Assembly (NCBI GenBank): GCA_000934665.2 | Contig: KZ538176.1 | Coordinates: forward strand, 1-64,000 | Direction: 5' to 3' | DNA from: Catajapyx aquilonaris | Lineage: Eukaryota | DNA length: 64,000 bases | Part shown: piece by piece, positions 12,383 through 26,293 of the stretch | How the letters are laid out: each line of letters begins with the position of its first letter | Position numbering within the stretch: position 1 is the stretch's first letter | Made by a program: the position numbers and the translations under genes | The notes under the pieces: generated by a model | The model's input: the letters and a program-made list of their open reading frames with translations, nothing else | The model's database searches: none | Told to the model about the DNA's origin: nothing

Positions 12383-14346
12383 TTAATTGGGTGGCACGAC
12401 TTGAATGGAGTAGCAGAGATGTTTCCTCCTGAGTATGCTGTAGCTGTTATCGAATGTCACCACATCTGTCAAAAGAGAAGCCACGCATTTACTTGTTATG
12501 GGATATGCAGACAGCCAGACCGCAAAACCTTCAAGGGTTGTGATCAGGGCCCATGAGATTGGGTTAGATTATTTTATATGAGGACTACCTCTTTCAATAT
12601 TTAATAAGCTCTGAGGGCTCTACACTTGTACTTACATTTTCCCTCCTCCAGAGATTGTGTTTGTCCTCGTATCATTGAGTTGCTGCAATCCTTACGTTGA
12701 CAGGGAACTACTTCCCTCTCGCCATTAACATCTACGAGAGATATCCCAAAAGAAATGTCATGCGATTCGGTTTGGAACATCCAGCTGCCGATTTGGAGAA
12801 AAAAAACGGAAAATAATGTACATACGCCAAAATAATTAGTTAGTAATGTATATTTCAAATTGTTAGCCACCTAATTCGAGATCCAGATTGTGTTACGAGA
12901 TAATCCAACTTCAATTGGTCTCCCTTTCTGATCGTGGCTACTTCCGTGAGCACATCAAAATCATGTACCTGGTTACTCATGTAGTAAGATTTAGGGACTT
13001 CACCTCCCTGTACAATCTGAAAGTGGGAAAAACAAAATGATTGTTGTCCACAAAGATCGTGAAAGTTATTTTCCTACCTTGGATGGGCATTTTGGATTGC
13101 CATCTGGATCCACCATCGTTCCTCCCCAGTGCTTGGGCAACTGATCTGCATCTATGAATTCCAAGAGAGCTGGAACCCACTTGGTTCGGTCCGAATCATA
13201 CATAAAGATCTTGCTCCTGGTGTACTCATTCAAAAAAGGCTTCAACAGGTTAAACACATATGCGCAGAAAGAAGGAGCTGTGTATGGAGACATTAATACA
13301 ATACACTTCACAATGGCCACCTTTGATACAATCAGCCCAAGAAAGGAACTTAAGCCCACCCTATATGCCTACAGTATTATTGACCCAATATTATTATGTA
13401 CTGGAAACCTTACCATTCACAACGAACATTCTCTTGAGACACTCAGGGAAATTGTCATCCATTCCTTTATTTAATTGTAATAACGAGGAAAGGCCTGGAA
13501 TGTGTACAATTTATATAAGAATGATTCAGACATCGAGGTATCACAATGACTTACTCGCCGGATAAATTGCCTTCCGAAACGTCAACCCTTCCAAATCCAT
13601 GATTACTATCCCTTGACCAACAAACTTGCCACGCTTTTGGCTTTGCCTGGCCATTTCTCTTCTGCTTTCCTCCGTCAATTGAAGAGATATGCGGCACATG
13701 TCGTCTATTGTAGCTGACTTCGCAAGTCCCACAATGTCCACGTTTCCAGTAGGAGCAATTGCGACTGAAAACAGTATCGTACTTCATATAATGTTACATT
13801 ACTAACTGAATTCACTGGTATTCTCTTTAACATAATTATTGGACTTCACGCGGATTACCAGGACATCCTTCCTTGTCAACACCGCATATGCCTTGAGGGT
13901 AATACTTTCTCAGCACTTCCGGAGGTTCCCACGACTCAATGGTGTCAACGTCATGTTCTTCTCTCCATGCCATCGACTATAGTAAATAATTGTACCGTGT
14001 TAGCCATGTAACACTTGCTGTTAATAGCTTCAAATAAACACTAACCTTTCGCAGCATATTCTCCGCTTTATCGACGTCAAAGTTCCTTGCTGAAATAATA
14101 CAATGCCATATGCAAATTCTAACAAGTGCGCTACATAATTGTACCTAGTAGTATCAAAGTTCATGTATAAACTGACCTTTCAACCACTGCAACAAGTACC
14201 CGTCATCATCGCAAGGCCTTTTAACGTCAGACACCGCATCTCTAAACTGCGTAAAGTACCGGTATATCATATTCACATGATCAAGCTTGGTGTATTGAGT
14301 TGTTTACCTTTTTCAGGGCACTCAGCTGTTTGGGACTCAATTCCAT
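12383..14346 (-). CDS. SEC14-like protein copy E, 10 coding exons
   Basis: ATG 14346, TAA 12383-12385. Exon structure as in B and C; exons checked are open; ends IQVVPPN*. Confidence 0.9.
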
Positions 14347-14404
14347 CGTGCAGTTGACCTCGGATATTATGCTGAAATTGAAGTGAAAACAATAAAACTA
14401 CATC

Positions 14405-14558
14405 CAAGGGGTATACTTCGGTACTCCGGTGTACACCTGCAGTGGTACTCCCACGTACTCCTTAGGTACCTTACTCTTTGGTACTCCTTGGTACTCCTTG
14501 GTACTCCTTGAATTTGGTATTGCAGTGTACACTTTATAGTCGAGTGGTTAACCCCTTG
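14405..14558. mobile_element. MITE (P- or hAT-like, 8-bp TSD) in the predicted 5'-UTR intron of copy E
   Basis: TIR CAAGGGGT...ACCCCTTG, flanked by ACTACATC (14397-14404) and AATACATC (14559-14566). Internal 10-bp repeats GTACTCCTTG. Site is empty in copies A, C and D. Confidence 0.75.
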
Positions 14559-15706
14559 AATACATCAGTGTTTGGTTAATAGGAGTCAATGGTCGCTCTA
14601 CCAATGATATCTGAAGTTCATTTGATACCTATAGACAGTGTGAAACTTACTTAGCAAAGAACCTCTAACAAGGACAAAAGAACATTGACATAAAATCTGG
14701 ATAAGTAGGAGAGATCGTGGTCGGTTGTAACGCTTTTTAATATAATTTTTTAAATTCAGTTACATATGCATTTAGGCAAAGGTTTAAGGCATGGTGGAAA
14801 TAAGGCAACATTCCTCTACGTAAAATTAACATTATAAAATCTTAAGATTAAAAATTGACAGATTTATCAATATGTTTCCAAGGCATGGCAGAGTGTTACA
14901 ACCTGCCCCATCATATGGACAGTTGTAACAGATGGCGCGGTCGTTTGTCTTAAATGGTAAATGTAATATGATGGAAGAACAGTTTACACTCACTCATCTT
15001 CTCGGCAATTGTCTTTATAGCCTACTTGATCCATATTGCTCTTTATCTCTCGATACACTTGAATTTATTCAGCAGAATAGTATTGCAAGAAATTTGATTT
15101 TTAACCATATTAATTTTCGAACAATTTCTTCCTAAATTTTACAAGATACGTAGCTCATTCTGTTATTGACTAAAGTTCTTACGACAGTTTTTTTTTTCTT
15201 TTTGAAGCACATTTCTGTGACTTACGCTCTTTCCTATGTCAACGCCACAACTGATCACAAAAGAGGTCCCAAGAATCTGTAGAACATTTTGGTTTATGTC
15301 ATTGATCTTATTACAAGTTTTACAACCTCTATTCTAGAGCCTAGAAATAATATCACATTATCACCACAATTCCTTTGAAATAATATAGCTGATATTATAT
15401 AGTTGGAAGTATAGATTCATTATCTTAAAATGGATACTCACGTTCACAGCCGCGAGATTCCCTCAACATCCGTCAAGATTCCCATCGACGACTGGAGATT
15501 TCCTAATACGTACAGTAGAACGAATGCAACTGACCTTATTGCAGCTTGCACTTTGATAAGAAGGACAGTACCCTATGATCCAGATAGGAAAACCAGCCAA
15601 TTCATGGAATACTTTATTTTTGATAATATTGATTACGGTACATTTCATGGTATGGAGAGTTGACCATATCATTTCCAAAGTTCAAAAAGTGGGGCAGTTC
15701 ACGTTG

Positions 15707-17817
15707 CTACTTTGATTCTTCAGATGATTTTGGACCGACGAGTTCAACTGAGTAGCAAATGTTCTTGCTTCTGATCCTGCTGTAACTGTTATCAAAAGTC
15801 ACCCGATCTGAAACAGAGCAATAATTATTTTCTGGTCCTTGTTCACAACTCACATATAGCATCAACTCACATTGTCCCACTGCCAGTGGATCAGTTTCAC
15901 CCTCTATTAATGCAACGTGGCTGTTTTCTCTGGAGTAAGGAACCACCTTTGACCACTCCTGGCCCTCCTTTTTACATATCACAAATCCGATATCATATGT
16001 CTCTGACTGATATATCCACCTGGCAAAACCAACATTTTATAGCATTTCATATATGGAAGTGGACAAGGTTCGATCCTATTCACTCGTCATCATTGCCAAT
16101 AATCACACACTCCACGCTTGTGAACTTTCCTTCAAGTGACCTGCTACTGACCTGAGGCGAGAATTAGGTTCAACAACGTCGAACTCCAAATGGAAGCTGT
16201 CACCACGTTTGATCGTGGCTTCCTCCATTGATTTGTCACTCAACACTTTATTCGACTTGTAGTATGACTTGGGAACTTTGCCTCCAAGTGGTACCTGAAA
16301 ACAAGTTTCAAAACACCGCCATTATTATTAATATTAAAATTTTGCAATATTGCTTACCTTCGAGGGGCATCGTCCATTTCCATCCGGATCCACCATTGTT
16401 CCTCCCCAGTATTCAGGAAGCTGGCTGGCATCCATTATTTCCAGCAAGGCAGGCACCCATTTGGACCTATCAGAATCGTACACTGCGAACTTACTGCAGG
16501 TCCGTTCGCTCAGAAGCGTTTTTACTAATTTGAAAAGAGTTGCGAAATACCATGGAGCTAGAAAATTAAAGAAGCTTGATTAACATATGCCACCCTCGTG
16601 TGAAGACTTTTTCGCACCATTTAAGACGACCATCTTCTTCAAATATTCCGGATAGTTATCTTCTTGCATCTTGCTAGTTACTTGTGACACTTCAAATACT
16701 GCAAAAAAGTAATACAGAAAAGATATTTAATATTAAGAAAATATTAGCGAATGTGAAATGTAAAGTTTGTAATATACCTGGTTTGTAAAAGGCATCTCTG
16801 ATGCTCCATCCTTCCAAATCTATTATAAACACTTGCTGGTAAATGTATTTGCCAAGTTTAGCTCTTTGTTGTGTCATGTACCGGTGACCTGTCTCTATCT
16901 GATACAGTGTGTACAATACAAAGTCCTCTGGATCGGCACAGTGAAATAAACCTCTGATATCCACATGACCATATGGGCAAATAAAGACTGTAAATTATGT
17001 ACAGTATTGTAGTAGTTGTTGTTGTAGTAGAAGTAGTAGTAGTAGTAGTATAGTAATTACCTGGACAGCCTTCCTTATCGTATCCAAGAAATGCCTGTGC
17101 ATAATACAATTTGAACACCTCTGGTACCTGATATGTTTCCAGTATTGTATCAGCTCCCATATTTTTCCTCCATTTCATAGACTACAGAGCATAAGAAGTA
17201 GACCATATTAATTATACGAAGGCCATTTTGTAGGGTGTCATATGTACAATTACGCCCACTGCCACTTACCTCACGCAACATAATTTCTGCTTTCTTCACA
17301 TCGAAATTCCTTGCTGTAAATGAGCACATTTAAATTATTGTTATAAACATTATTGTTCGATTTGTTGCTTCTACTGGCCGCCAATTAATGAACCGATTGC
17401 GTCAAAACATTACAATTTTTGTGCATCAAGCTGCACTTAAAGGCAACTGACAAGTGAGGTCATCGTAAATTACCACAGCTTTATGTAATGCGTGACAGAC
17501 TGTGCATGAGGAAGTGCTCTTAGACGGAAATGTGACGTAGCTTTTCCTGCGAGTGTTTTTATTCACAAATCCGTCCAACTCTTTCAATGCCTTGAAGGCT
17601 TGGGTTCTCATTATTTAGCTCTTAGCTAAGTAAATAACTATTCGCTCACCCACTAGCCATTGCAACAGGTATTCGTCTTCATCACATGGTTTCTCCACCT
17701 CCGACACCGCCTCCCGAAACTGTAAACAAAAATGTCCAAACACTAACCCTATGGTTAATGGTACATTGATATTACCTTCTCTAGGGCTTCTTTTTGTTTG
17801 AGGTGTAACTTGTCCAT
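15707..17817 (-). CDS. SEC14-like protein copy F (second subfamily), 10 coding exons
   Basis: Starts MDKLHLKQKEALEK; motifs GYDKEGCP, IIDLEGWS, QEDNYPEY, LPEYWGGTMVDPDG, FDNSYSRIRSK; TAG at 15707-15709. Confidence 0.9.
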
Positions 17818-18140
17818 GTTTTGTAGTACTGTGCTTTCTATGGTGCATCAGTGTTGGTCTCACGATAAGCTAGTGTATACTGACGCACTACTGACGGCTC
17901 ACTGCTTCCCAAGGTCTAATCCTGAATGGTTGCCCTTGAAAGTTTGTTTAATCTTTTCATGCAGCAGGTCCAGATTAGGATGATATGACAATAGGCCTAC
18001 TAACAAAACTATTTTGTTGGGAACTCAGAAAAAATCTTTTCAGCATACATACAATTCATGAGAATACTTTATTTGGTTCACTGATTGTAATATGTGATCA
18101 TATCATTTCCAAAGTTTAAAAATGGGGACACTTCACGTTG

Positions 18141-20370
18141 TTACTTTCATTCTTCAGATGATTTTGGACCAACCAATTCAACTGAGTAGCAAATGTTCTT
18201 GCTTCTGATCCTGCTGTAACTGTTATCAAAAGTCACCCGATCTGAAACAGAGCATTAATTATTTTCTGGTCATTGTTCACGTCTATAGCATCAACTCACA
18301 TTGTCCCACTGCCAGTGGCTCAGATTCACCTTCTATTAATGCAACGTGGCTGTTTTCTCTGGAGTAAGGAACCACCTTTGACCACTCCTGGCCCTCCTTT
18401 TTACATATCACAAATCCGATATCATATGTCTCTGACTGATATATCCACCTGGCAAAAAATTATTTTATAGCACATCATATCAAATAGGAAGGTTCGATCC
18501 CAATCACTAGTCATGGCTTGCTTGGGCTTCAAGTGACCTGCTACTGACCTGAGGCGAGAATTTGGTTCAACAACATCGAACTCCAAATGGAAGCTGTCAC
18601 CCCTGCTGATCGTGGCTGGCTCCAGTGATTTGTCACTCAACACTTTATTCGATTTGTAGTACGACTTGGGAATTTTGCCTCCAATTATTGGTACCTGAAA
18701 ATATTTATGGATACACCCCAGGATTATTATACAAACAATTTTGCAACAAATGCTTACCTTTGATGGGCATCGTCCATTTCCATCCGGATCCACCATTGTT
18801 CCTCCCCAGTGTTCAGGAAGCACGCTGGCATCCATTATTTCCAGCAAGGCCGGAACCCATTTGGATCGATCAGAATTGTACACTTCAAACTTGTTCCTAG
18901 TCCGTTCGCTCAGAAATGTTTTAAATATGTTGAAAAACGTTGCGAAATACCATGGAGCTTGAAAGGTATATATATATTTTATTTACTAATAGGCCACCCT
19001 TCGTGCTTAAACAAATTTTTCGCACCATTTATGACGAAGGTCTTTTTCAAATATTCTGGATAGTTGTCTTCTTGCACCTTGCTCGCTTCACGCGACGCAT
19101 CAATGGCTGTGTAAAAAAGAGTAAGTTAATTATGAAAATTATGAAAATATTCGAAAATGTCAAGTTTCTAATGTACCTGGTTTGTAAAAGGCATCTTTCA
19201 AGCTCCACCCTTCCAAATCTATTATAAGCACTTGCTGGTAAATGTATTTGCCAAGTTTAGCTCTTTGTTGTGCCATGTACCGATAGCTTGTCTCTATATG
19301 ATAAATAGTGTAAAATATCATGTCCTCTATATCGGCACAATGAAATAAACCTTTGATGTCTGCTTGACCGAATGGGACAATCCATACTGTAAATTATGTT
19401 ATTATTTATTATGGTTATTATTTTATTATGTAAATTATTATTATAGTAGAGTCATTACCTGGACATCCCTCCTTATCGTAGCCAAGAAATGCCTGTGTGT
19501 AATATAATTTGAACACCTCTGGTATCTGATATGTTTCCAGTATTGTATCAGCTCCAACTTTTTCCCTCCATTCCATGGACTACAGGGAATAAGAAGTAGG
19601 CTATATTAATTATACGAAGGCCATTATGTAGGCAATTACACCCACATATGCTGCCACTTACCTTACGCATCATAATTTCAGCCTGCTTCACATCAAAATT
19701 TCTCGCTGTAAATGAGCGTATTTAACTTATTAGCTACTAAAAGCGATTGTTATAAGGTATTATTGCTAGACTTCATGCTTATATTGGCCGCCAATGCATG
19801 AACCAATTGTTTCAGAATTGAACAACAATATACAGTTTCTTCATATTGTTTGAATCAAACCGGGCTTAAAAACCACTGACATGTAGTTACGAAAGCCATG
19901 GGAAATTACCGCCAATAAAGGGTTATGTAATGCGTGGCAGACCAACACTATGCATGAGCAAGTACAATACTTAGACGGAAATGTGTGACGTAACTTTCTG
20001 ACGAGTTATAGTGTTGTTATTCACAAATCCGTTTTATTTGCTCTGTGCTAATTAGTAAAGATATCGATTAACGATTAGGCTCACCCACTAGCCATTGCAA
20101 CAGGTATCCTTCTTGATCACACGGTTTCTCCACATCTGACACAGCCTCCCGAAGCTGGAAACACAAAAAGTGCAATCCTTAAGTTAAGAAAAAGCACGAC
20201 CCAAGCACACCCTGACATGTGACTTGCCAACTACATATTGCACCATTATAGCGCCAGTGACGTTAACTAACCATTTAGTCAACAAGAGTTATACGGAATC
20301 TCAAAAGCTACTAGTAGATTTCGATTACCTTCTCTATGGCTTCTCTTTCCTTCAAGTCTAACTTGTCCAT
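18141..20370 (-). CDS. SEC14-like protein copy G (second subfamily)
   Basis: Starts MDKLDLKEREAIEK (ATG 20370); same exon structure as F; TAA 18141-18143. Confidence 0.9.
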
Positions 20371-21381
20371 GTTTTGCAGTAAGGTGCATTCAAACCCCTG
20401 ACAGCAGTGTTGGTTCCCCGATGAGCTAGTGTATACTGACGCACTACTGACTGCTCTTCTGCCCAAGGTCTACTTCTGTGTACGACGTACGAGTATGTTT
20501 GCCCTTGAAAGTGTGTTTAATGGCTTTAATCTTCTCATACATCAGGTCCAGAATAAAATGTAATGTCAATCCCAATAAAATATATATCTTGTTGGGAGAT
20601 CTTTTCGAAAGTGTTGTAGCAAGTGAAAATTGCAACACTCTTGAATCTTCTGAGGTACAACAATAGGCTACAATATCCCCCTGTATACCATATTTCGTAA
20701 TCAGCTGTTTGAATTATTGACTACATATACTTTTTAAAACTGATATTAAATTTATAGAATCCAGCACTTACTTTTACAGACACTAATAAATTGTTCAAAT
20801 GTGCCATTCCTAATTAGAAACAATTTGCAGTTTGGAAACTCTTGAATCGAGAACAGCAATAGCTGCATAAAAATGCACACTTGCAGGACCTCAAATTATG
20901 CACTAAGTAGCATAATGCCTGTGTAAAATTGAGATCAAACTTGTGAAAATATAAATATACTCAAATATAATATTGTTTATATAAAAAAATATTGTTCATA
21001 GAGTTACGTAACACTTATGAAGACCAGTTGATTTAATGTATTTTACTACGGGTATAGCAGACTCATTTTTCACAGCCCCTCGGCTATAACAGGCCATTTC
21101 TTGGGACCCGATTGGAAAATATGCTGTTTTCAATTACCCGGCCATTCTCCATTGGTACTCCAGCTCATCGAGAAAACATAAACAGGTCGAGTTCAGTATA
21201 AATAATGTGTTAGATGTTTTGAATGGCTTCGAATGACTTCCTAAATAATGTTAGCCATCCAAATCCATTGCTCATGGGAAGATTGGGAACACTTTATTTG
21301 GTTGATTGATTGTAATACGAGTATGTCATGGTATACAGAGTTGATCCTATCAAAGTTCAAAAAGTGGGACACTTCACGTTG

Positions 21382-23370
21382 CTACTTTGATTCTTCAGAT
21401 GATTTTGGACCAACCAATTCAACTGAATAGCAAATGTTCTTGCTTCTGATCCTGCTGTAACTGTTATCAAAAGTCACCCGATCTGAAACAGAGCAATAAT
21501 TATTTTCTGTTCATTGTTCACGTCTATAGCATCAACTCACATTGTCCCACTGCCAGTGGCACAGTTTCACCTTCAATTAGTGCAACGTGGCTGTTTTCTC
21601 TGGAGTAAGGAACCACCTCTGACCACTCCTGGCCCTCCTTTTTACATATCACAAATCCAATATCATATGTCTCTGACTGATATGTCCACCTGCCAAAAAT
21701 AATATTTTATAGCATTTCATATGGAATAGGAAGGTTCGATCCCATTCACTAGTCATGACTGCCATAATTACACACTCCATGCTTGTGCTTCAAGTGACCT
21801 GCTACTGACCTGAGGCGAGAATTAGGTTCAATGACATCGAACTCCAAATGGAGGTTGCCACCACTTTTGATCGTGGCTGCCTCCATTGATTTGTCACTCA
21901 ACAATTTATTCGACTTGTAGTACGACTTGGGAACTTTGCCTCCAAGTGGTATCTGCAAACAAGTTTCAAAACACCCCCATTATTATTAAGTCCAGAATGT
22001 TGCAACAAATGCTCACCTTCGAGGGGCATCGTCCGTTTCCATCCGCGTCCACCATCGTTCCTCCCCAGTATTCAGGAAGCTGGCTGGCATCCATCATTTC
22101 CAGTAAGGCAGGCACCCACTTGGATCGATCAGAATTATATACTTCGAACTTGTTCCTCATCCGTTCGTTCAGAAGCGATTTTAATATGTTGAAAACAGTT
22201 GCGAAAAACCATGGGGCTTGAAAAGTAGAAAGACTTTATTTACATATCCCACCCTTCATGCTTAGGCAAGTGTTTCGCACCATTTATGACTACAACCTTC
22301 TTCAAATGTTCCGGATAGTTATCTTCTTGCATCTTGCTCATTACACGCGTCAAATCTAAGGCTGTGTGATAAAAAGTAATATACAGAAATGCATTTAAAA
22401 TATGAGAGAATGTGTGTCTGACCTGGTTTGTAAAAGGCATCTTTGATGCTCCATCCTTGGGCATCCATTATAAACATTTGTTGGTGAATGTATTTTCCAA
22501 GTTTAACTCTTTGTTGTGCCATGTACCGATTGCTTGTCTCTAGCTGGTGAATCATGTACATTACAAAGTCCTCCTGATCGGCAGAGTGAAATAAACCTCT
22601 GACGTCCAATTCACCATGTGGGCTAATCCATACTGTAAAATCATCCTCAACCTCATCGTTATAATAATCATCATCACACTTTAGTCATTACCTGGACAGC
22701 CCTCCTTATCGAAGCCAACAAATCCTTGGGGGTAATATAATTTGAACACTTCTGGCATCTGATACGTTTCCACTAGTGTATCAGCTCCCATTTTCTCCCT
22801 CCATTTCATAGACTACATAGGATAAGAAGTAGACTATCTTAATTATACGAAGGCCATTTTGTACAATTACACTGCCACTTACCTCACGCAACATAATTTC
22901 TGCTTTCTTCACATCGAAATTCCTTGCTGTAAATGTTGTAAGGTATTATTGTTCATAAGTTTCATCATGTTTGTTCAAACCGCGCTTAAAGACCACTGAC
23001 AAGTTACGAAGGTCATGCAAATTACCACCACTTTATGTAATGCGTGACAGACTATGAATGACTGTTACTAGTACATGGAAATGTGACGTAGCTTTCTGAC
23101 TAGCGAATGTTGTAATTCATATATTCATTCAACTCGTCGTTTCTCACTTTTTAGCTACGGGCTTAGGAAATATATCGATTATAGGCTCACCCACTAGCCA
23201 TTGTAACAGATATCCGTCTTCATCACATGGTTTTTCCACATCTGACACAGCCTCCCGAAACTGGACATGAAAAAAAAAAATTATTGGGCATTAAAGTGCT
23301 AATAACTATTTGGTCAATAGTTAATTACCTTATCTAGAGCTTCTTTTTGCTTGGAGTCTAACTTGTCCAT
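21382..23370 (-). CDS. SEC14-like protein copy H (second subfamily)
   Basis: Starts MDKLDSKQKEALDK (ATG 23370); same exon structure as F and G; TAG 21382-21384. Confidence 0.9.
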
Positions 23371-23619
23371 GTTTTGCAATATGGTGCAGCGTTGGTCCTA
23401 CGATCGATGTGCTAGTCGCTGGAGTGTGAGGCACTATACTGAAGGCTCTCTGCTTTTCCAAGGTTATGTAGTCCAAGGTCTACCTCTGAATGTTTGACCT
23501 TGATAGTGTGTTTATTCTTCTCATTCAACAGGTCCAGAATAGGATGGAATGACAATTGTCTGGACCTTTCTGAGGACTTTCATAATATTAATTAAAACAA
23601 CTGTCAATTGGTGAAGAAA

Positions 23620-24000
23620 CTTGGTGACAACTGATATATTCCAATAGTCATAGGCTGAGTTCCACCCTCGACAAATACTGTTGTGGATATCCGGTTGAGG
23701 ATAATGAACCACGTTTGACCTCTCCAGGTTGTCCTCTTTATGCAGTCGCAGTTTTCTTCTTGACAAATTAAACACCAACCACTTGCAATTCTGGATCCAA
23801 ACCCAGATACGAACATTTGCCTATACAGTGCCTCATGTTGGGCAACATTCGCATCTGATATTGAGCAAGAACGCACAATGTCAAATTCCATGTATAATCT
23901 CTCGTCAATCTTAACACGTTGTTATCTGCTGATCCTTTTTCGAAAATGTCTTTGCCCGACTAATAGAAACATTGTGACATTTCACCTCCAATGACATTCG
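23620..24000 (-). pseudogene. Decayed SEC14-like fragment (exons 8-9, GOLD region)
   Basis: Minus-strand translation with a stop and frameshifts: VIGGEMSQCFY*...MEFDIVRSCS...VFVEGGTQPMTIG, versus LGGKVPKSYY...LEFDVVEPNS...LIEGETDPLAVG in copy F. Confidence 0.65.
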
Positions 24001-24491
24001 CGATTTTTTTTGGTTTATTAAATTGAGTAGAATGAAGGTTACTGCGTATAGACATCAATTACATCTCGCCCCATCAACCTTATGTAATATTGTTTCTGCC
24101 TGATGAGTCAGGTTCCCCCGCTATATGAATTAATGAAATGGTCAAACAAATTAGTCACTCATTACCTAGTTGTTGATTGATAATTACTGGCCTCGACCTT
24201 TCAGTTTTTAAATACCAAATGTAGCCTTGTTGCAAAACAATAACCAACGCGAATGCCCTTCAATGTCGTGTTGACAAACCTGGTTACATAACATCTCCGC
24301 ATGTACCCCAATTGACTTTCAACTACAGTTTGGCTCATGACCCAAATAAAGTGGAGTGCACTGGCCTTTGAGAACAACACATAAATATTACATCTTCGCC
24401 TTTTCTTAAAGTGTTCCATCAATCCTTCCAGTAAGTAAAAATTTCATTCAATTTGATCAGTCCGATTAATGATTACTATCCAATCATGGCT

Positions 24492-26293
24492 CTATCGTGA
24501 TGTTGGACGCACGACTTCAACCGCGTAGGAAATACTCTTGCTCCTAAGTTTGCTGTAGGTGTTGTCAAAAGTGACCGCATCTGTACAACAACACACATTC
24601 AGAGTATGAACCACAATCATAACAATATATGCAACTCACACTTTCCTATTTCCAGTGGCTGTGTTTCGCCCTCAATACATTCGCCATGGCTGTCCCGCCT
24701 TGAGTAAGGAACCACTTCCAACCACCCATGGGATTGCTGTCTTTTCACCACAAATCCTATGTCGTGGTTTTCCGTCTGAAATGCCCATCTGCCAACAAAA
24801 TATACAATGCAATCTTTCATATATTAATTTTCTGACCTTATCTTAGAATTGGGTTCGACCACCTCCAGGTCCAATTTTAAGATGTCGCCATTTTTGACAG
24901 TTGCCTGTTCCAATCCGACATCAGAACTTCTTCTGCTTCGGGATTTGTAGTATGAAGTGGGAATCTCACCTCCCATAGGAACCTTTAACAAACAATGGAT
25001 TACATTTCGTTCGGGTGTGCCACATTGTTCACAATACCTTCGAGGGACATCGTCCATTTCCATCCGGGTCTACCATTGTTCCTCCCCAGTATTCAGGAAG
25101 CTGGCTGGGATCTATCATTTCCAACAAGGCCGGTACCCATTTAGACCGATCAGAATCGAACACTTCGACCTTCTTCCTGGTTCCTTCATTTAGAAGCGGT
25201 TTTATCAAGCCGTAGATAAATGCGAAGAACCGTGGTGCTGGAAAATATCATGCAATTCCTGGAGCAAGGTCATGAAGGTCAGTTAATAAAAAAATTTCGT
25301 ACCATTGATGGTGAAACATTTCTTTAGCGTTTCTGGGTAGTTTTCCTCTTGCATCTGGCTGAGTTGGTGGAATACGTCAAGCCCTGTGCGAATTCGATAT
25401 CATGAAAATGGTGTAACAAGAGGACATTGTTGTGCTGTACCTGGTTTGTAGGTGGCAGTTAGAAAGGTGAGTCCTTCCATGTCTATAATTACGACGTGCT
25501 GGTAGATGTACCTTCCAAGACGCTCGCTTTGTTCGGCCATATACGCTCTGCTCGATTCCATCTGGTGTATCACCTGGTACATCATGTCCTCTTTGTCAGC
25601 AGAGGATATCAGGCCTTTGAGGTCCAAGCGACCATGGGGAAAAATCCACACTGTAAATTCGTGAAAATTATGAACATGTATGATTTAACATTGAAAGTAG
25701 GACTTCACCAGGGCAGCCTTCTTTGTCATGTCCGACCAGTCCTTGGGTGTAATATAATCTTAAGACCTCTGGAGGATCCCATGATTCTAGGACTATATCA
25801 GCGCCTACTGATTCCCTCCAAGCTAGGGACTATGGACAACAACCAAAGGAAGTAATAGTTATCTTGTACACATGAATATTGCTCATTACCGGCAACACAC
25901 CTGGCGGAATGCGCTCTCTGCCTGCTGGATGTCGAAATTTTTAGCTGAAATGTAATTTTTTTCCTGGGCTATAATAATGGTTGAATAGTCTGCACTTATT
26001 GTAATACCCAGTTACCCGTCAGCCACTGCAATAGGTACCCATCCACGTGAATCGGTTTCAGGACATCGGACACGTTCGTCCGAAACTGCAACAAAATATT
26101 GGACAGTGGTACTTAATAAACATTTTTTTGTAATGGCCAGAAAATAACTGATGCAATGATCAGTGTAAGTGACATATTTCATGATTATGTGAAATTATTG
26201 GTTATCATCCTACAGCAATAATTACACTGTATGCTCTATTAGTACCGGTACCTGCTGAAGAGCGTCCAGTTCCCTTTCGTCCAATCTCTCCAT
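24492..26293 (-). CDS. SEC14-like protein copy I (divergent singleton), 10 coding exons
   Basis: MERLDERELDALQQ|FRTNVSDVLKP...GHDKEGCP...IIDMEG...QEENYPETLK...LPEYWGGTMVDPDG...FDNTYS; TAG 24492-24494. Confidence 0.9.

Noticed and set aside
21130..21165. Possible SEC14 exon-4 relic between G and H
   Set aside because: Similarity is limited to a donor-like end and is too weak to support.
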